Positions 25,563-35,851 of a stretch of 40,032 bases of DNA are shown one piece after another. Each line of letters opens with the position of its first letter. Position 1 is the stretch's first letter. The notes under the pieces are model-generated. The model was given only the letters and a program-made list of their open reading frames with translations. It had not been told where the DNA came from and searched no databases. Source of the DNA: Octopus bimaculoides. Taxonomy: Eukaryota. A program made the translations under genes and the position numbers. Location of the stretch: positions 14,786,318 through 14,826,349 of the forward strand of contig NC_068992.1 in the NCBI RefSeq assembly GCF_001194135.2, in the 5' to 3' direction.

Positions 25563-26029
25563 TTGTTCAGTAGTTTTATTTTTATAACGTGCTTTCACTT
25601 CACTACCGAGCGCAGCTCTGTGTGCCTTGGGTATGTGCTGTGGTTTGCTGTGATGCTCTTATGGTTACTGTATTGAAAGTGTTTTGCGTAGGATGTGTGC
25701 AGTGCCCAGTAGTGCAATTTTCTGTCTGTTATATATATTTGTAAGTCCTGGTGTTTTTGTTATGCATTTGTCTGAATATTTTTTTATTATACCTAAGGCA
25801 CCTACTATGATAGGAATTGTTTCTGTTTTTAGATTCCACATTCGAGTTACCTCTATTTCCAAGTCTTTGTATTTTGAAAGTTTTTCCATTTCTTTTAGGG
25901 AAACGTTGTCATCTGCTGGTATTGATACATCAATTAGAAAACATTTTTTTTCTTCATGATCTTTGACAACTATATCTGGTCTCTTTGCCTTAATTTCTCT
26001 ATCTGTGTGTATTGGCATATCCCAGATTA

Positions 26030-26033
<4 letters not shown>
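25563..26033 (-). mobile_element. 5'-truncated R4/Dong-like LINE: restriction-like endonuclease domain plus 3' UTR, between (TAA)n tracts
   Basis: ORF 25665-26033: RPDIVV.D...C.LIDVSIP...KEMEKLSKYKDL..IPIIVGALG..QKIALLGTAHILRK (PD-(D/E)xK RLE signature). Confidence 0.88.
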
Positions 26034-26067
<34 letters not shown>

Positions 26068-26088
26068 GTTATTATTATTATTATTATT

Positions 26089-26597
26089 GAGTGAAAGAGC
26101 AGTGCATGCCATCAAAGCGACAGTGGGGTAAAATATATGAAGCCCAGTATACCCATCATGACTACCTGTCTGCTGCACATGCATTACAACCATATGTGCA
26201 TCACATGGTGATCTCATGTCATACAATATAAACAGCACATGACCTTGCAGGTAGGGCTCAGTTAGAATTTTCTCCAGGTTGAGTAGCCCAGATCCTCAAA
26301 TAAGGGTTGTTTAAGGATGTTGAATGAAACACCAATGTTTCCAGAGGTGAAATATTCACACCCCCAAAATTCCTCTTGACACATGGCTATGGTGCATCCC
26401 CACTACTTCTACTTGTGATCAGAGATGCACATATCATCAGCCAACAAGTGACATGCTCAACTAGTTAAGGTAAAAAAACTGACAAGCAAATCAATGGTAT
26501 TAAGCAGAGTATTTGCTGAAGCACATCTTTTATACCATGACAAAACATGTACATGATAACACTTCCAATCAGTTAAGATCAGAATTATAGAGTCACT

Positions 26598-26598
<1 letters not shown>
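26089..26598. mobile_element. Repeat family C, ~510 bp, non-coding, (TAA)n on both sides
   Basis: Both ends recur at 8686-8833 and 12001-12068. Confidence 0.75.
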
Positions 26599-26633
<35 letters not shown>

Positions 26634-26661
26634 GGAAACTCACAGCTTATTTTGCTGTGAG

Positions 26662-26872
26662 ACCTATGGAGACCTACGGCACGGTTCCGAGGGTGGAACA
26701 TCCTGGAAAGTTTCAAGGGGTGGCACTTCCTGGGTGGCACTTCTGGGGAAACCTATGGTACAGTTCCAAGGGTGGCACTTCTGGGGAGCCCCATGGCACA
26801 GTTCCGAAGGTGTCACTTCCTGGAAAGTTCCAAAGGTGTCACTTCCTGGAAAGTTCCGAGGCTGGCACTTCC
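26662..26872. repeat. GC-rich minisatellite (26-38-bp units, core agttccgagggtggcactt)
   Basis: Same units as 38931-39160. Confidence 0.85.
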
Positions 26873-27507
26873 ATGTGTTTGATAGGGTGTGCGCGACAGA
26901 GAGAGTAATGCTGATGTTGTATGTGTATATGAGAGAGAGAGGGAGAGAAAGAAAGAGAGAGAGAGATAAATGAAATTTAGCATTCAGTGTATTTATTATG
27001 TATGGCTTCAGTGACACACACTCACATATACGCATGCATGCAGGTTGTTTTAATCGATTTTCTCTGTAAATATGGGGGCTAGGAAAAAAATAGAAAGCGC
27101 ATTCCAATCTATGCACCCATCTGCACATGTGTGCTGTTTTTCACGTGAATCCACCCAGCCATTTGGCCGTGAACCTCAAGACAAGAAAGAATACAACGGT
27201 CGGCTAACTTCAATTTATTGATATGTACTTAGTGAGAGAGAAAGAGTGAATGAGAGGGAGAGAGAGAAGGGGACAGAGAGGAATGAGGGAGAAGGGGCTC
27301 AGAGAGAGTGGCGGCAAGAGAGATGTCTACATACTTAAACAGTTTAATTTCGACGAAAGCTTTTATGACAGTCCGTTAATGAATGATAATCAATGGAATG
27401 ATAAATATATGAAATTAGATAATTGACTGAAATTTAGCAGACAACAACAGAAGGATGTTCATTGGCTGAAATTATATTGCTTCTGCATTCGACTGGATTA
27501 CATTGTA

Positions 27508-27710
27508 TTTGGTTTCAAATTTTGGCTCAAGGTCAGAAATTCTGGGAGAGGGTATAAGATGATTAAATCGATCCCCATGGTTCAGCTGATATTTATTTTA
27601 TCAATTCTGTAAGGGATGGAAAGCAAAGTGGACCTTAATGGGATTTGAACTCAAATGAAATGCTGTTAAGTATTTTTCGCAGTGTGCTCACAGCTCTGCC
27701 AGCTCACCAA
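27508..27710 (-). mobile_element. SINE family A copy (old)
   Basis: ggtttcaaattttggc tail, gatttgaactc reverse B box, ctgccagctcacc head. Confidence 0.75.
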
Positions 27711-27714
27711 TTAC

Positions 27715-28106
27715 TCTTTTACTCTTTTACTTGTTTCAGTCATTTGACTGTGGCCATGCTGGAGCACCGGCTTTAGTCGAGCAAATCGACCCAGGACTTA
27801 TTCTTTGGAAGCCTAGTACTCATTCTATCAGTCTCTTTTGCCGAACCGCTAAGTTACGGGGACGTAAACACACCAGCATCAGTTGTCAAGCAATGTTGGG
27901 GGGACAAACATAGACACACATACACACATATATATATATACATATATATACGACAGGCTTCTTTCAGTTTCCGTCTACCAAATCCACTCACAAGGCTTTG
28001 GTCGGCCCGAGGCTATAGTAGAAGACACTTGCCCAAGGTGCCACGCAGTGGGACTGAACCCATGACCATGTGGTCGGTAAGCAAGCTACTTACCACACAG
28101 CCACTC
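27715..28106 (-). mobile_element. SINE family B, full length (tRNA head, CORE-like motif, internal microsatellite)
   Basis: Minus strand: tggctgtgtggtaag A box, ggttcagtccc B box, ggcaccttgggcaagtgtctt (resembles the CORE motif gtgaccttgggcaagtca), tail aacaagtaaaagagtaa. Confidence 0.9.
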
Positions 28107-28933
28107 GGAAGCCCAAGGCATCAAATTTAGGGGACGTAATTAAGTCGATTACATCGATCCCAGTTTGTAACTGGGATCGACTCTGAAAGGATGAAAGGCA
28201 AAAGTCAACCCTGGCAGAATTTGAACTCAGAATGTAGCAACAGGTAAAATACCTCTAAGCATTTTATCCAGGATGCTAATGATTATCCCAGCTTGCCACT
28301 CTAGTAGTGATAATAATAACAACAATGGTTTCAAATTTTCGCACAAGGCCAGCAAATTCAGGGGAGAGAATAAGTCAATTACATCGACCCCAGGGTTTTG
28401 CTAGTACTTATTTTATTGACCCCCGAAAAGATAAAGGGCAAAGTTGACTTTTGGCAAGATTTGAACTCAGAATCTAAAGACGGACAAAATATCACTAAAT
28501 ATTTTGCTGGTCATGCTAATGATTTTGCCAGCTTGCTGTCTTAATAATAATCCTTTCCATTAAAGGCACAAGCGCTGAAATTTTGGGGGAGGGGACCCCA
28601 ATGTTTCACTGGTACTTAATTTATCGACTCCAAAAGAATGAAAGGCAAAGTTGACCTCGGCAGAATTTGAACTAAAAAAAGTAGAAAGGGGACAAAATAC
28701 CACTGAGAATTTTGGCTGATATGTTGACGATACAGCCAGCCTACCTCCTTAATGATAATAATAATAATAATCCTTTCTACTAAAGGCACCAGGCCTGAAA
28801 TTTGTGGGGAGGGGACTAGTCGATTACATCGGCCACAGTGTTTCACTGGTACTTAATTTATTGACCCTGAAAGGATGAAGAGCAAAGTCGACCTCAGAAG
28901 AATTTGAACTCAGAATGTAAAGACAAACAAAAT
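28107..28933 (-). mobile_element. Four head-to-tail SINE A copies (28107-28310, 28326-28542, 28553-28750, 28772-28933); the last is interrupted by the Penelope element and resumes at about 30139-30200
   Basis: Repeated ggcagaatttgaactcagaa and aataataat junctions; the SINE continuation gctaagcattt..gattctaccag lies after 30139. Confidence 0.88.
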
Positions 28934-29900
28934 ATATATCGACAAGAAGAGGGTTTAGTGATGTGCCCACCATTATCACCGATAATAGCCAATATATACA
29001 TGGAATACTTTGAGAATTTGGCTTTAGAATCAACACCACTAAAACCAACCCTATGGCTGTGATATATAGATGACCAAGTGCTGTTTTAGATCATGTGAAC
29101 TCAATAAAGCCATCCATACAGTTCACAATGGAAAAAGACAATTAGCAAAGCTAGCATTCCTGGACGTATTAATAACACGCACCAAGTATGGATTCAGGAC
29201 ATCCATATACTGCAAGCCAAACTTCACTGGACAATACCTCAACTTCAACTCCCACCATCCATACAGTGTGAAAAGAGGGATTGCTCAGTGCCTAAACATC
29301 AAGCAAAGAATTTAAGTAGCGATCGTAGCAACAACTACCCCAAAAGCATACTCTCCACTCCAATTATGAAGAAAAAAGAGGATGAAACTGATAAACTGTC
29401 CACAGTCTGTCTACCCAATGTGAATGGCCTCTCCGTAAAGATACAAAAGACATGTGGCCCATAAGACATCAGGACAGTATTCAAAAGTAATACAACACTT
29501 TGCAAATATCTCCTTCGAGTAAAACCACCGCAAGAACTGCGTGTACCCCATCCCATGCAGCTGTGGTAGGTTATACAAAGGTGAAACATGCTGCCCTCTC
29601 AAAATAAGGGTAGACAAACATCGCAAAGCTGTGACATGAGGAGATATTGATAAATTGGGTATAGCTGATCATGTATGGTAAAATGGAGACCACCTCCCCC
29701 TGTGGGATGAAGTTAAAATAATAGACAGAGAACACTACTGGAAAATATGAAAACTAAAAGAAGCAGAATATCTGCTAGGACACAACAACCTCCTAAGCAG
29801 ATCGAGTGCAGATATGAATAGCATATGGGAACCGGTATGAAGGAAGGATAGGAAAATATTAGATTTATAAGCCCTAAAAATTCACTCCATAATTGCCTAC

Positions 29901-29973
29901 GGGCATATGGTGTAGTGGTTAAGAGCACGGGCTACGAACCCCAAGATTCTGAGTTCAATTCCAAGCAGTGACC
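29901..29973 (+). promoter_or_regulatory. tRNA-like segment with Pol III A and B boxes (Arg-ACG-like anticodon loop); not a functional tRNA
   Basis: tggtgtagtgg (A box), ggg-CTACGAA-ccc, gagttcaattcc (B box); acceptor stem poorly paired. Confidence 0.7.
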
Positions 29974-30043
29974 TGAATAATGATAATAATAATAACATCG
30001 AAAAGTACCTTTGGAATGAGAACCCAGGTTTGAAATTTCTCCA

Positions 30044-30090
30044 AGACACCTGATGAAGGCTGGAGGATATATCAGCTGAAACGTGTTAAC
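30044..30090 (+). ncRNA. Minimal type I hammerhead ribozyme core (decayed at the cleavage site)
   Basis: agacac-CTGATGA-a-ggctg-gaggatatat-cagct-GAAAC-gtgtt; 5-bp stem II; located at a Penelope 3' end, where hammerheads are established. Confidence 0.7.
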
Positions 30091-30202
30091 AACAAACAAG
30101 ATAAGGACAAATATCCGTCAAATGTAAATAATGTAAATAAAGACAAAATGCAGCTAAGCATTTCACCTGGCCTGCTAATGATTCTACCAGTTTACTGTCT
30201 TT

Positions 30203-30415
30203 GGTTTCAAATTTTTGGCACAAGGCCAGTAATTTAGGGGAAGGGGGTTAAAACAATAACATCAACCCCAGTGTTCTACTGGTACTTACTTTACTGACCT
30301 AGAATGGATGAGAGGCAAAGGTGACATTGGTGGAATTTGAACTCAGGAGGTAAAGACAGATGGAATGCCACTGAGCACTTTGCCTAGAGTGCTAACCATT
30401 CTGCCGGCTTGCGAC
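30203..30415 (-). mobile_element. SINE family A copy
   Basis: ggtttcaaatttttggcacaagg tail; ggaatttgaactcag; attctgccggc head. Confidence 0.8.
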
Positions 30416-30924
30416 TTTTGCCCGATTACTTTATATTTGAAATTATTTACTGTTTCCATTTCAGCTTTTATTGGTTTGAATGTGGATTGTGGTCATTGAC
30501 ACCTCTCTACATGCAAAATGTTCGTTATGTTTTGATAGGGGGAAAATAAAAAAAAATATAAAAAAATAAATGAAATAAATAAATAAAATAAAATAAATAA
30601 ATAAAATAAATGGAAAGAAATTTAGGCATTCTGTTCCTACATCACAAGATCTAATTATGATTTCAATTACAGTAAATGAATATTGATGTGACTGAGTGAT
30701 TGAAGAACTGGTGCCGGCCATAGTTGTGATGACAGTGGGTACTCCCGCTATATTCCACACACACACACACGCACCCATACACACACACACACACCCATAC
30801 ACACACGTGCACACACTATCTATCTATCTATCTATCTAGCTATCTATCTATCTATTTCTCTTTCTCTCCCTCTCTCTCTTCCCTCTTCTGTGTATGTGTG
30901 TGTGTGCATGTGTGTATGTGTGTA

Positions 30925-30971
<47 letters not shown>

Positions 30972-31100
30972 NNNNNNNNNNAACTGATGGGAGATGAGCA
31001 TGTCCATGTCTAATATATGTTTTTTTACATGTGTTGCTTTGTCATTCTTCTGTGCAAAACTTTATTCTTATATCTGTATATATATATACACAAACATGTG

Positions 31101-31141
<41 letters not shown>

Positions 31142-31723
31142 CAAACGAAAGATAGAAGATGAGAATTTATTGTTAACCATGAAAATTATTTCAACACATC
31201 TAGCATCGATTTCTCTTGGGTGGGACACTCAACAACTGGTTCAGACATATCCAGTGGTGCAGATTTATCTCGTTGGGTGATAAATAAATACAACTCATTA
31301 AAACGACTGTTCCACAATGTAACTTTCCATTTCGTAGAGAGAAAAGCAGCCAGACGGAGGAAATATCTTCATTCATATAGAAGATCGAAAATAAAATCAC
31401 AGATGACAAAAAGAGAAACGAACGCACAATCCAACGAGAAAAGTATTAAAAATAACCGTTAACAGATATGGATGTATAAACACCCTCGAGCAAGCTACAT
31501 GGTGCGAGTACACTCGCTCATACAAGCATCCGCAAAAATGTGAGCGTGCGCACACGTGAGGTCCAGTGCACTCATGACCCCAAAACGAGTTATCTAACTA
31601 CTTGGTGTTTATAAGAATGGGGAGGTTAAAAGTAAACTTAAGTCATACATACCTTAAAGTAAATTAAGTCAACGGTTACTCAAAATTCGTTCTCACTGCA
31701 TTATGCAAAAATACATCTATTTA

Positions 31724-31880
31724 TATATAAATATATAGTTTAGAGAAAAGAACCAAAGTTCATGAACTATATATAGTTCTTTTTAGTGTATTAACTTATT
31801 AAATTTTTCTATATGTGACTGGATTTTCATGAATGAGTTCATGAACTTTGCTTCTTTTCTCTAAATTATATATTTATATA
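31724..31880. mobile_element. MITE-like 157-bp foldback with 45-bp inverted arms
   Basis: 31724-31768 versus 31836-31880: 43/45 complementary; TA-rich ends. Confidence 0.8.
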
Positions 31881-31974
31881 TTATATACTGTGAAACTTAA
31901 TTTAATTGTAATTTTTGATAAATTGAATTTAATTGAGTTTTTACTTGTAAATTTGGATTTTTATCCCTACTATT

Positions 31975-32006
<32 letters not shown>

Positions 32007-32060
32007 GCTAGCTTGCTAGATAGATAGATAGATAGATAGACAGATAGATAGATAGATAGA

Positions 32061-32462
32061 TACACTTCTTTTATTAGCCACACAGGGCTCAACAAAGATG
32101 GGACAAATACAATGTAGAGCTTTTCTTTTTGGGAGGNNNNNNNNNNNNNNNNNNNNNNNNNNNNNNNNNNNNNNNNNNNNNNNNNNNNNNNNNNNNNNNN
32201 NNNNNNNNNNNNNNNNNNNNNNNNNNNNNNNNNNNNNNNNNNNNNNNNNNNNNNNNNNNNNNNNNNNNNNNNNNNNNNNNNNNNNNNNNNNAAGGGAAAA
32301 AGGGGGAAGTTCGATCAAAAGGGATCGAGGAAAAAAAAAAAAGCGATCAATAGGGATCGTGTATCACACAGTAATGTTCTCGTGTAAAAAGAGGGGAGGA
32401 CAGTTTAGGTTTAGCCGTGGAAAGAAAAGCCTACGGAAAAGACCACGGTAGCCTTGGTCAAT
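32061..32462 (-). mobile_element. Tx1/L1-like LINE 3' UTR (same family as 4680-4885), between (GATA)n tracts, with an internal gap
   Basis: Reverse complement cgtggtcttttccgtaggcttttctttccacggctaaacctaa..tgtgatacacgatccc matches 4750-4845; AATAAA then (TATC)n. Confidence 0.78.
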
Positions 32463-32475
32463 ATTGTCATTACAG

Positions 32476-32517
<42 letters not shown>

Positions 32518-32559
32518 TTACAACACTCTCCCATTCTGCTGATGGGTTTGGTCTGGTAA

Positions 32560-32690
32560 ATTACTGCGTAACCTCACTGCTGCAGGTGCCACATAAAAAT
32601 CCCCCACTCTATTCTGTAAAGTTGTTAGTATTAGGAAGGGCATTCAGGCATAGAGACCATACTAAAACAGAGAGATGAGCTTGGCAAAGT
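32560..32690 (+). mobile_element. Decayed family G fragment
   Basis: ggtgccacataaaaa..ttaggaagggcatt. Confidence 0.55.
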
Positions 32691-32744
32691 CTTATGATTG
32701 TGCCAAGATGAATAGGGAAGACAAAGAGCTTTCTTTATTTGCAG

Positions 32745-32786
32745 GTTGGCAAACTAAAAGTTGGATATAGAGATTTATCTTCATTT
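32745..32786 (+). CDS. Candidate 42-nt symmetric (phase 0-0) exon, product unknown
   Basis: ctttctttatttgcag|G acceptor, TTT|gtaagt donor; only open frame VGKLKVGYRDLSSF. Confidence 0.35.
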
Positions 32787-33435
32787 GTAAGTAACAGCAA
32801 TTAAATATAATGAAGTCAAGTAAAATTACTGCAATGCCGAAAGCACTAGTCTGATTGAAATATTTGGTAGTAGTTCGTTAATCGGTTAGCTAATTGGATG
32901 ATTGTGCTGGAAGATGTTATCACTAATGACATGGGGTGGCTTGTTAGTTGTTACATATGTAAAGGTTGGTGCACTAGAAATGAGAATTTATCAGTATATG
33001 AAGGTGAGGTTTTGTCATTCATTTTGACTTAATGGTCAGCTCTGTAGATATATCTCTTGAATTACGTAACTGTAGAGAGACAGCAAATTCTATAACTTAT
33101 TAATATAAACGTATATAGATGAATTATGCACTCATAACTTGTATAACGTATTTAATGATATATTTTCACAAGAATAACTGCATTCGTAATCATCGGCTGC
33201 ATTAACTAACATCTAAGTAGTTAATCTGTAGCAGGTGATTAAGTTTCTTCATCCTGATTGGTACGAAGGGTGGCAGTGCCTGAGGTGGCTGTCCAGGCCA
33301 AGGGTGGTTTAGAAGAGTCGGTGGGGGGGATTTATTGCATGGGGTGGGGGGACGAAGTGGTGCAAGCTGCTCTTTGGGTCCTTTGACATCTGGTCTCTGC
33401 CACTTGATGTTATTCTCCACATTAAGCTAAACACT

Positions 33436-33766
33436 CGCTTCGGCTGGCCATGAATGACCATGAGATTGCACCTAGAAAATTCCCCTCTGAAGCACAGGTC
33501 TGGGCAAGGTTGTTTATGGAAGACCAGTAGTCACGCATGCATACCAGTCTCCCTCCTCCATGCCACTGGTGTTATCCAAGGGAAAGGCAAAGGCCGATAC
33601 AGCTTATCACCAGTGATGTCGCAACTCATTTCTACAGCTGAGTGAACTGGAGGACATGAAATAGTCTCTTACTCAAGAACGCAACACACAACCTGGTCCA
33701 GGAATCGAACTTACTACCTCATGGTAGTGAGCCCGATGTTCTAATCACTGAGCCATGTGCCTTCAC
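33436..33766 (-). mobile_element. SINE family F (tRNA-derived)
   Basis: Minus-strand head tggctcagtgattag..aagttcgattcc; central cagctgagtgaactggag..ctcaagaacgcaac like family D. Confidence 0.72.
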
Positions 33767-33834
33767 TTTCTCACTTAATCTTTCACTTAATTTGCATATA
33801 TCTAACGATTATATGCATGTATGCTGTGTACAAT

Positions 33835-33990
33835 GCCATCACCACCATCATCACCATTGTTTAAAGTCCACTTTTCCATTCTTGCATGAGTCAAATGGAA
33901 TTTCTTGATGCAGATTGTTTTACAGGTGGGTGCTCTTCCTGTCACCAAACCTCACCCATTTCCTAGCAAGGTAATATTTTCCCATGGTCA
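33835..33990 (-). mobile_element. Decayed family G-related fragment
   Basis: catcacc..gtttaaagtccacttttcca..ctcttcctgtcaccaaacc. Confidence 0.55.
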
Positions 33991-34171
33991 AACCTTGTGC
34001 TGTTTGTATGATGATGATGTATTTTCACAACCATAAATGTAAATGACATCCGAGACATCATCTGCAAAGTCAATGACTTTTGCTTCCCACTTAAGAAATT
34101 AACGATGTATCTTTAATATTATGGCTGACATATATTAATTGTGGTTAGTGACTGCAGTCATTACTTCTGGG

Positions 34172-34358
34172 AGTGAAGATGGCCAATTGGTAGAATTCCT
34201 TCTAGTTCTTGACATAATGAGTTCAAATTCTGCCACGGTCGACTTTACCTTTTATCCTTCCAGGGTTGATAAAATAAATACCAGTTGAGGACCGGAGTTG
34301 ATGTAAGGACTTCCCTGTTTTCCTCAGAATTGATGGCCTGTGCCAAAATTAGAAAGAA
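34172..34358 (+). mobile_element. SINE family A copy (decayed)
   Basis: gagttcaaattctgccacggtcgacttt..ataccagtt..gcctgtgccaaaattagaaa. Confidence 0.75.
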
Positions 34359-35001
34359 TTGATTCTGGGAATGATGAGTCTGTCAGAATCTCAGGCTCAG
34401 TAGTTCTGGCTGACAATACCTTGTTATATATACCCTCCTACCCAGGGGTTACAGATCACTGGCAAAATCATTTAAATGGATACTGAAATAGTGGGTTAAT
34501 ATTTGGCAAGGGATATTTATTTATGTCTCACAAGGAGCTAAGGAGTGCTCCTTAGCATTGATTGGATTTGGTAGATGGAAAGATGGAAACAGAAAGAAGC
34601 CTCTTGGGTGTGTGTGTTTGTGTGTGTGTGTAATAAATCACTATGAAGATATTTAGACCTCTTATTGTGATATTTTTATCCAAGATACACTGGTTTATAT
34701 ATTGTATTTTGAAGAGATATTTCTTCAATGAATATATCATATAAAATATCATAAAATATCAAATATTATTATCGAGTTAGAAAACAGCAAGATCTAATGG
34801 ATATAAATTAATTTATTAATTAACATCATCACCTACAATTGTTTAATTTCACATCGAAGAAGTTGATTAATAAATTAATTTGCATCCATTGGCTCTCTCC
34901 ATTTTCAAACTTGATAATTATATATATATCTACACAGACATATGCAATATACACAGACACACATATATTAAATGATGACGATGATGACACACACATATAT
35001 A

Positions 35002-35277
35002 CATGATGGTCATCCACTTGTGACTGAGGAAGGCCATTGCTGACCTTCAGGAACATTGTGCGCTCTAGGACTAACTTATATTTTGCATTTGTGGCTCCGT
35101 TGGTGGCTAATGGGCCCTGCTCTTGACAAGCATACACGACTGCAAACATTGCAGACCAAGCTTTCCCCATTCACTACACCAGCAGTGCGCTTTCGAGCAG
35201 CACACTTAAGTTCTTCATGCTGAATACATGCTCTCTCAAAAGTGTCGATCCCCTCCTTAACCTGCTTCCTCCATCTA
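35002..35277 (-). mobile_element. RTE (BovB-like) 3' end, second copy
   Basis: High similarity to 15566-15845. Confidence 0.88.
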
Positions 35278-35414
35278 CCAAATCCAATGAATACTAAGGG
35301 GCGCTCCTTATCTCCTTGTAAGACATAAATATCTTTTAGCTTTTACCTGTTTCAGTCATTGAACTATCTATGGTCATAGTGGGGCATATATTGTGTGTGT
35401 GTGTGTATGTGCAC

Positions 35415-35635
35415 CTTGTGTCCTTGTTTGTCCCCCAATTCATCGCTTGATGACCATTGTTGGTTTGTTTATGTCACAAAAACTTAGCAGTTTGGCAAAG
35501 GAGACAGAATAAGTATCAGATTTTAAAAAATAAGTCCTGGAGGGGGTCACGCTATTTGTCCAAATTCCTTCAAGGTGCTGCCCCAGCATGGCAACATCCA
35601 CAATTCAATGAATGAAACAAATAAAAGATTAAGAC
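35415..35635 (+). mobile_element. SINE family B 3' half (decayed)
   Basis: tttgtccccc..cgcttga..acttagcagtttggcaaa..ccagcatggc..gaaacaaataaaaga. Confidence 0.7.
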
Positions 35636-35700
35636 TTCACCTGCTCCTTTATATATCTGTAAGGAGACAAATAATTACTTTAAAAAGGTAAAAATAAATA

Positions 35701-35851
35701 TTCTTTTCTACTCTAGGCACAAGGCCCGAAATTTTTGAGGAGGGAGGCCACTTGATTAGATCGACCCCAGTATGTAACTGGTACTTAATTTATCGACCCC
35801 AAAAGAATGAAAGGCAAAGTCAACCTCAGCAGAATTTGAACTCAGAATGAA
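35701..35851 (-). mobile_element. SINE family A 3' two-thirds
   Basis: Near-identical to 10940-11090. Confidence 0.85.

Larger units (their letters stand above)
28934..30138 (+). mobile_element. Penelope-like element (Penelope/Poseidon architecture), 5'-truncated: RT, then C-terminal GIY-YIG, then 3' terminal region
   Basis: YRQEEGLVMCPPLSPIIANIYMEYFE..WL*YIDD..IQFTMEK..LAFLDVLITR..TGQYLNFNSHHP..; NCVYPIPCSCGRLYKGET..IADHVW (GIY-YIG); many stops and deletions. Confidence 0.92.

Noticed and set aside
29901-29973. Functional tRNA-Arg gene
   Set aside because: Acceptor, anticodon and T stems are poorly paired; treated as a tRNA-derived promoter instead
32745-32786. Resemblance of KVGYR to the alpha-tubulin acetyltransferase KVGYK motif
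   Set aside because: Only a few residues match; flanks and the upstream candidate exon do not fit, so no gene symbol was assigned
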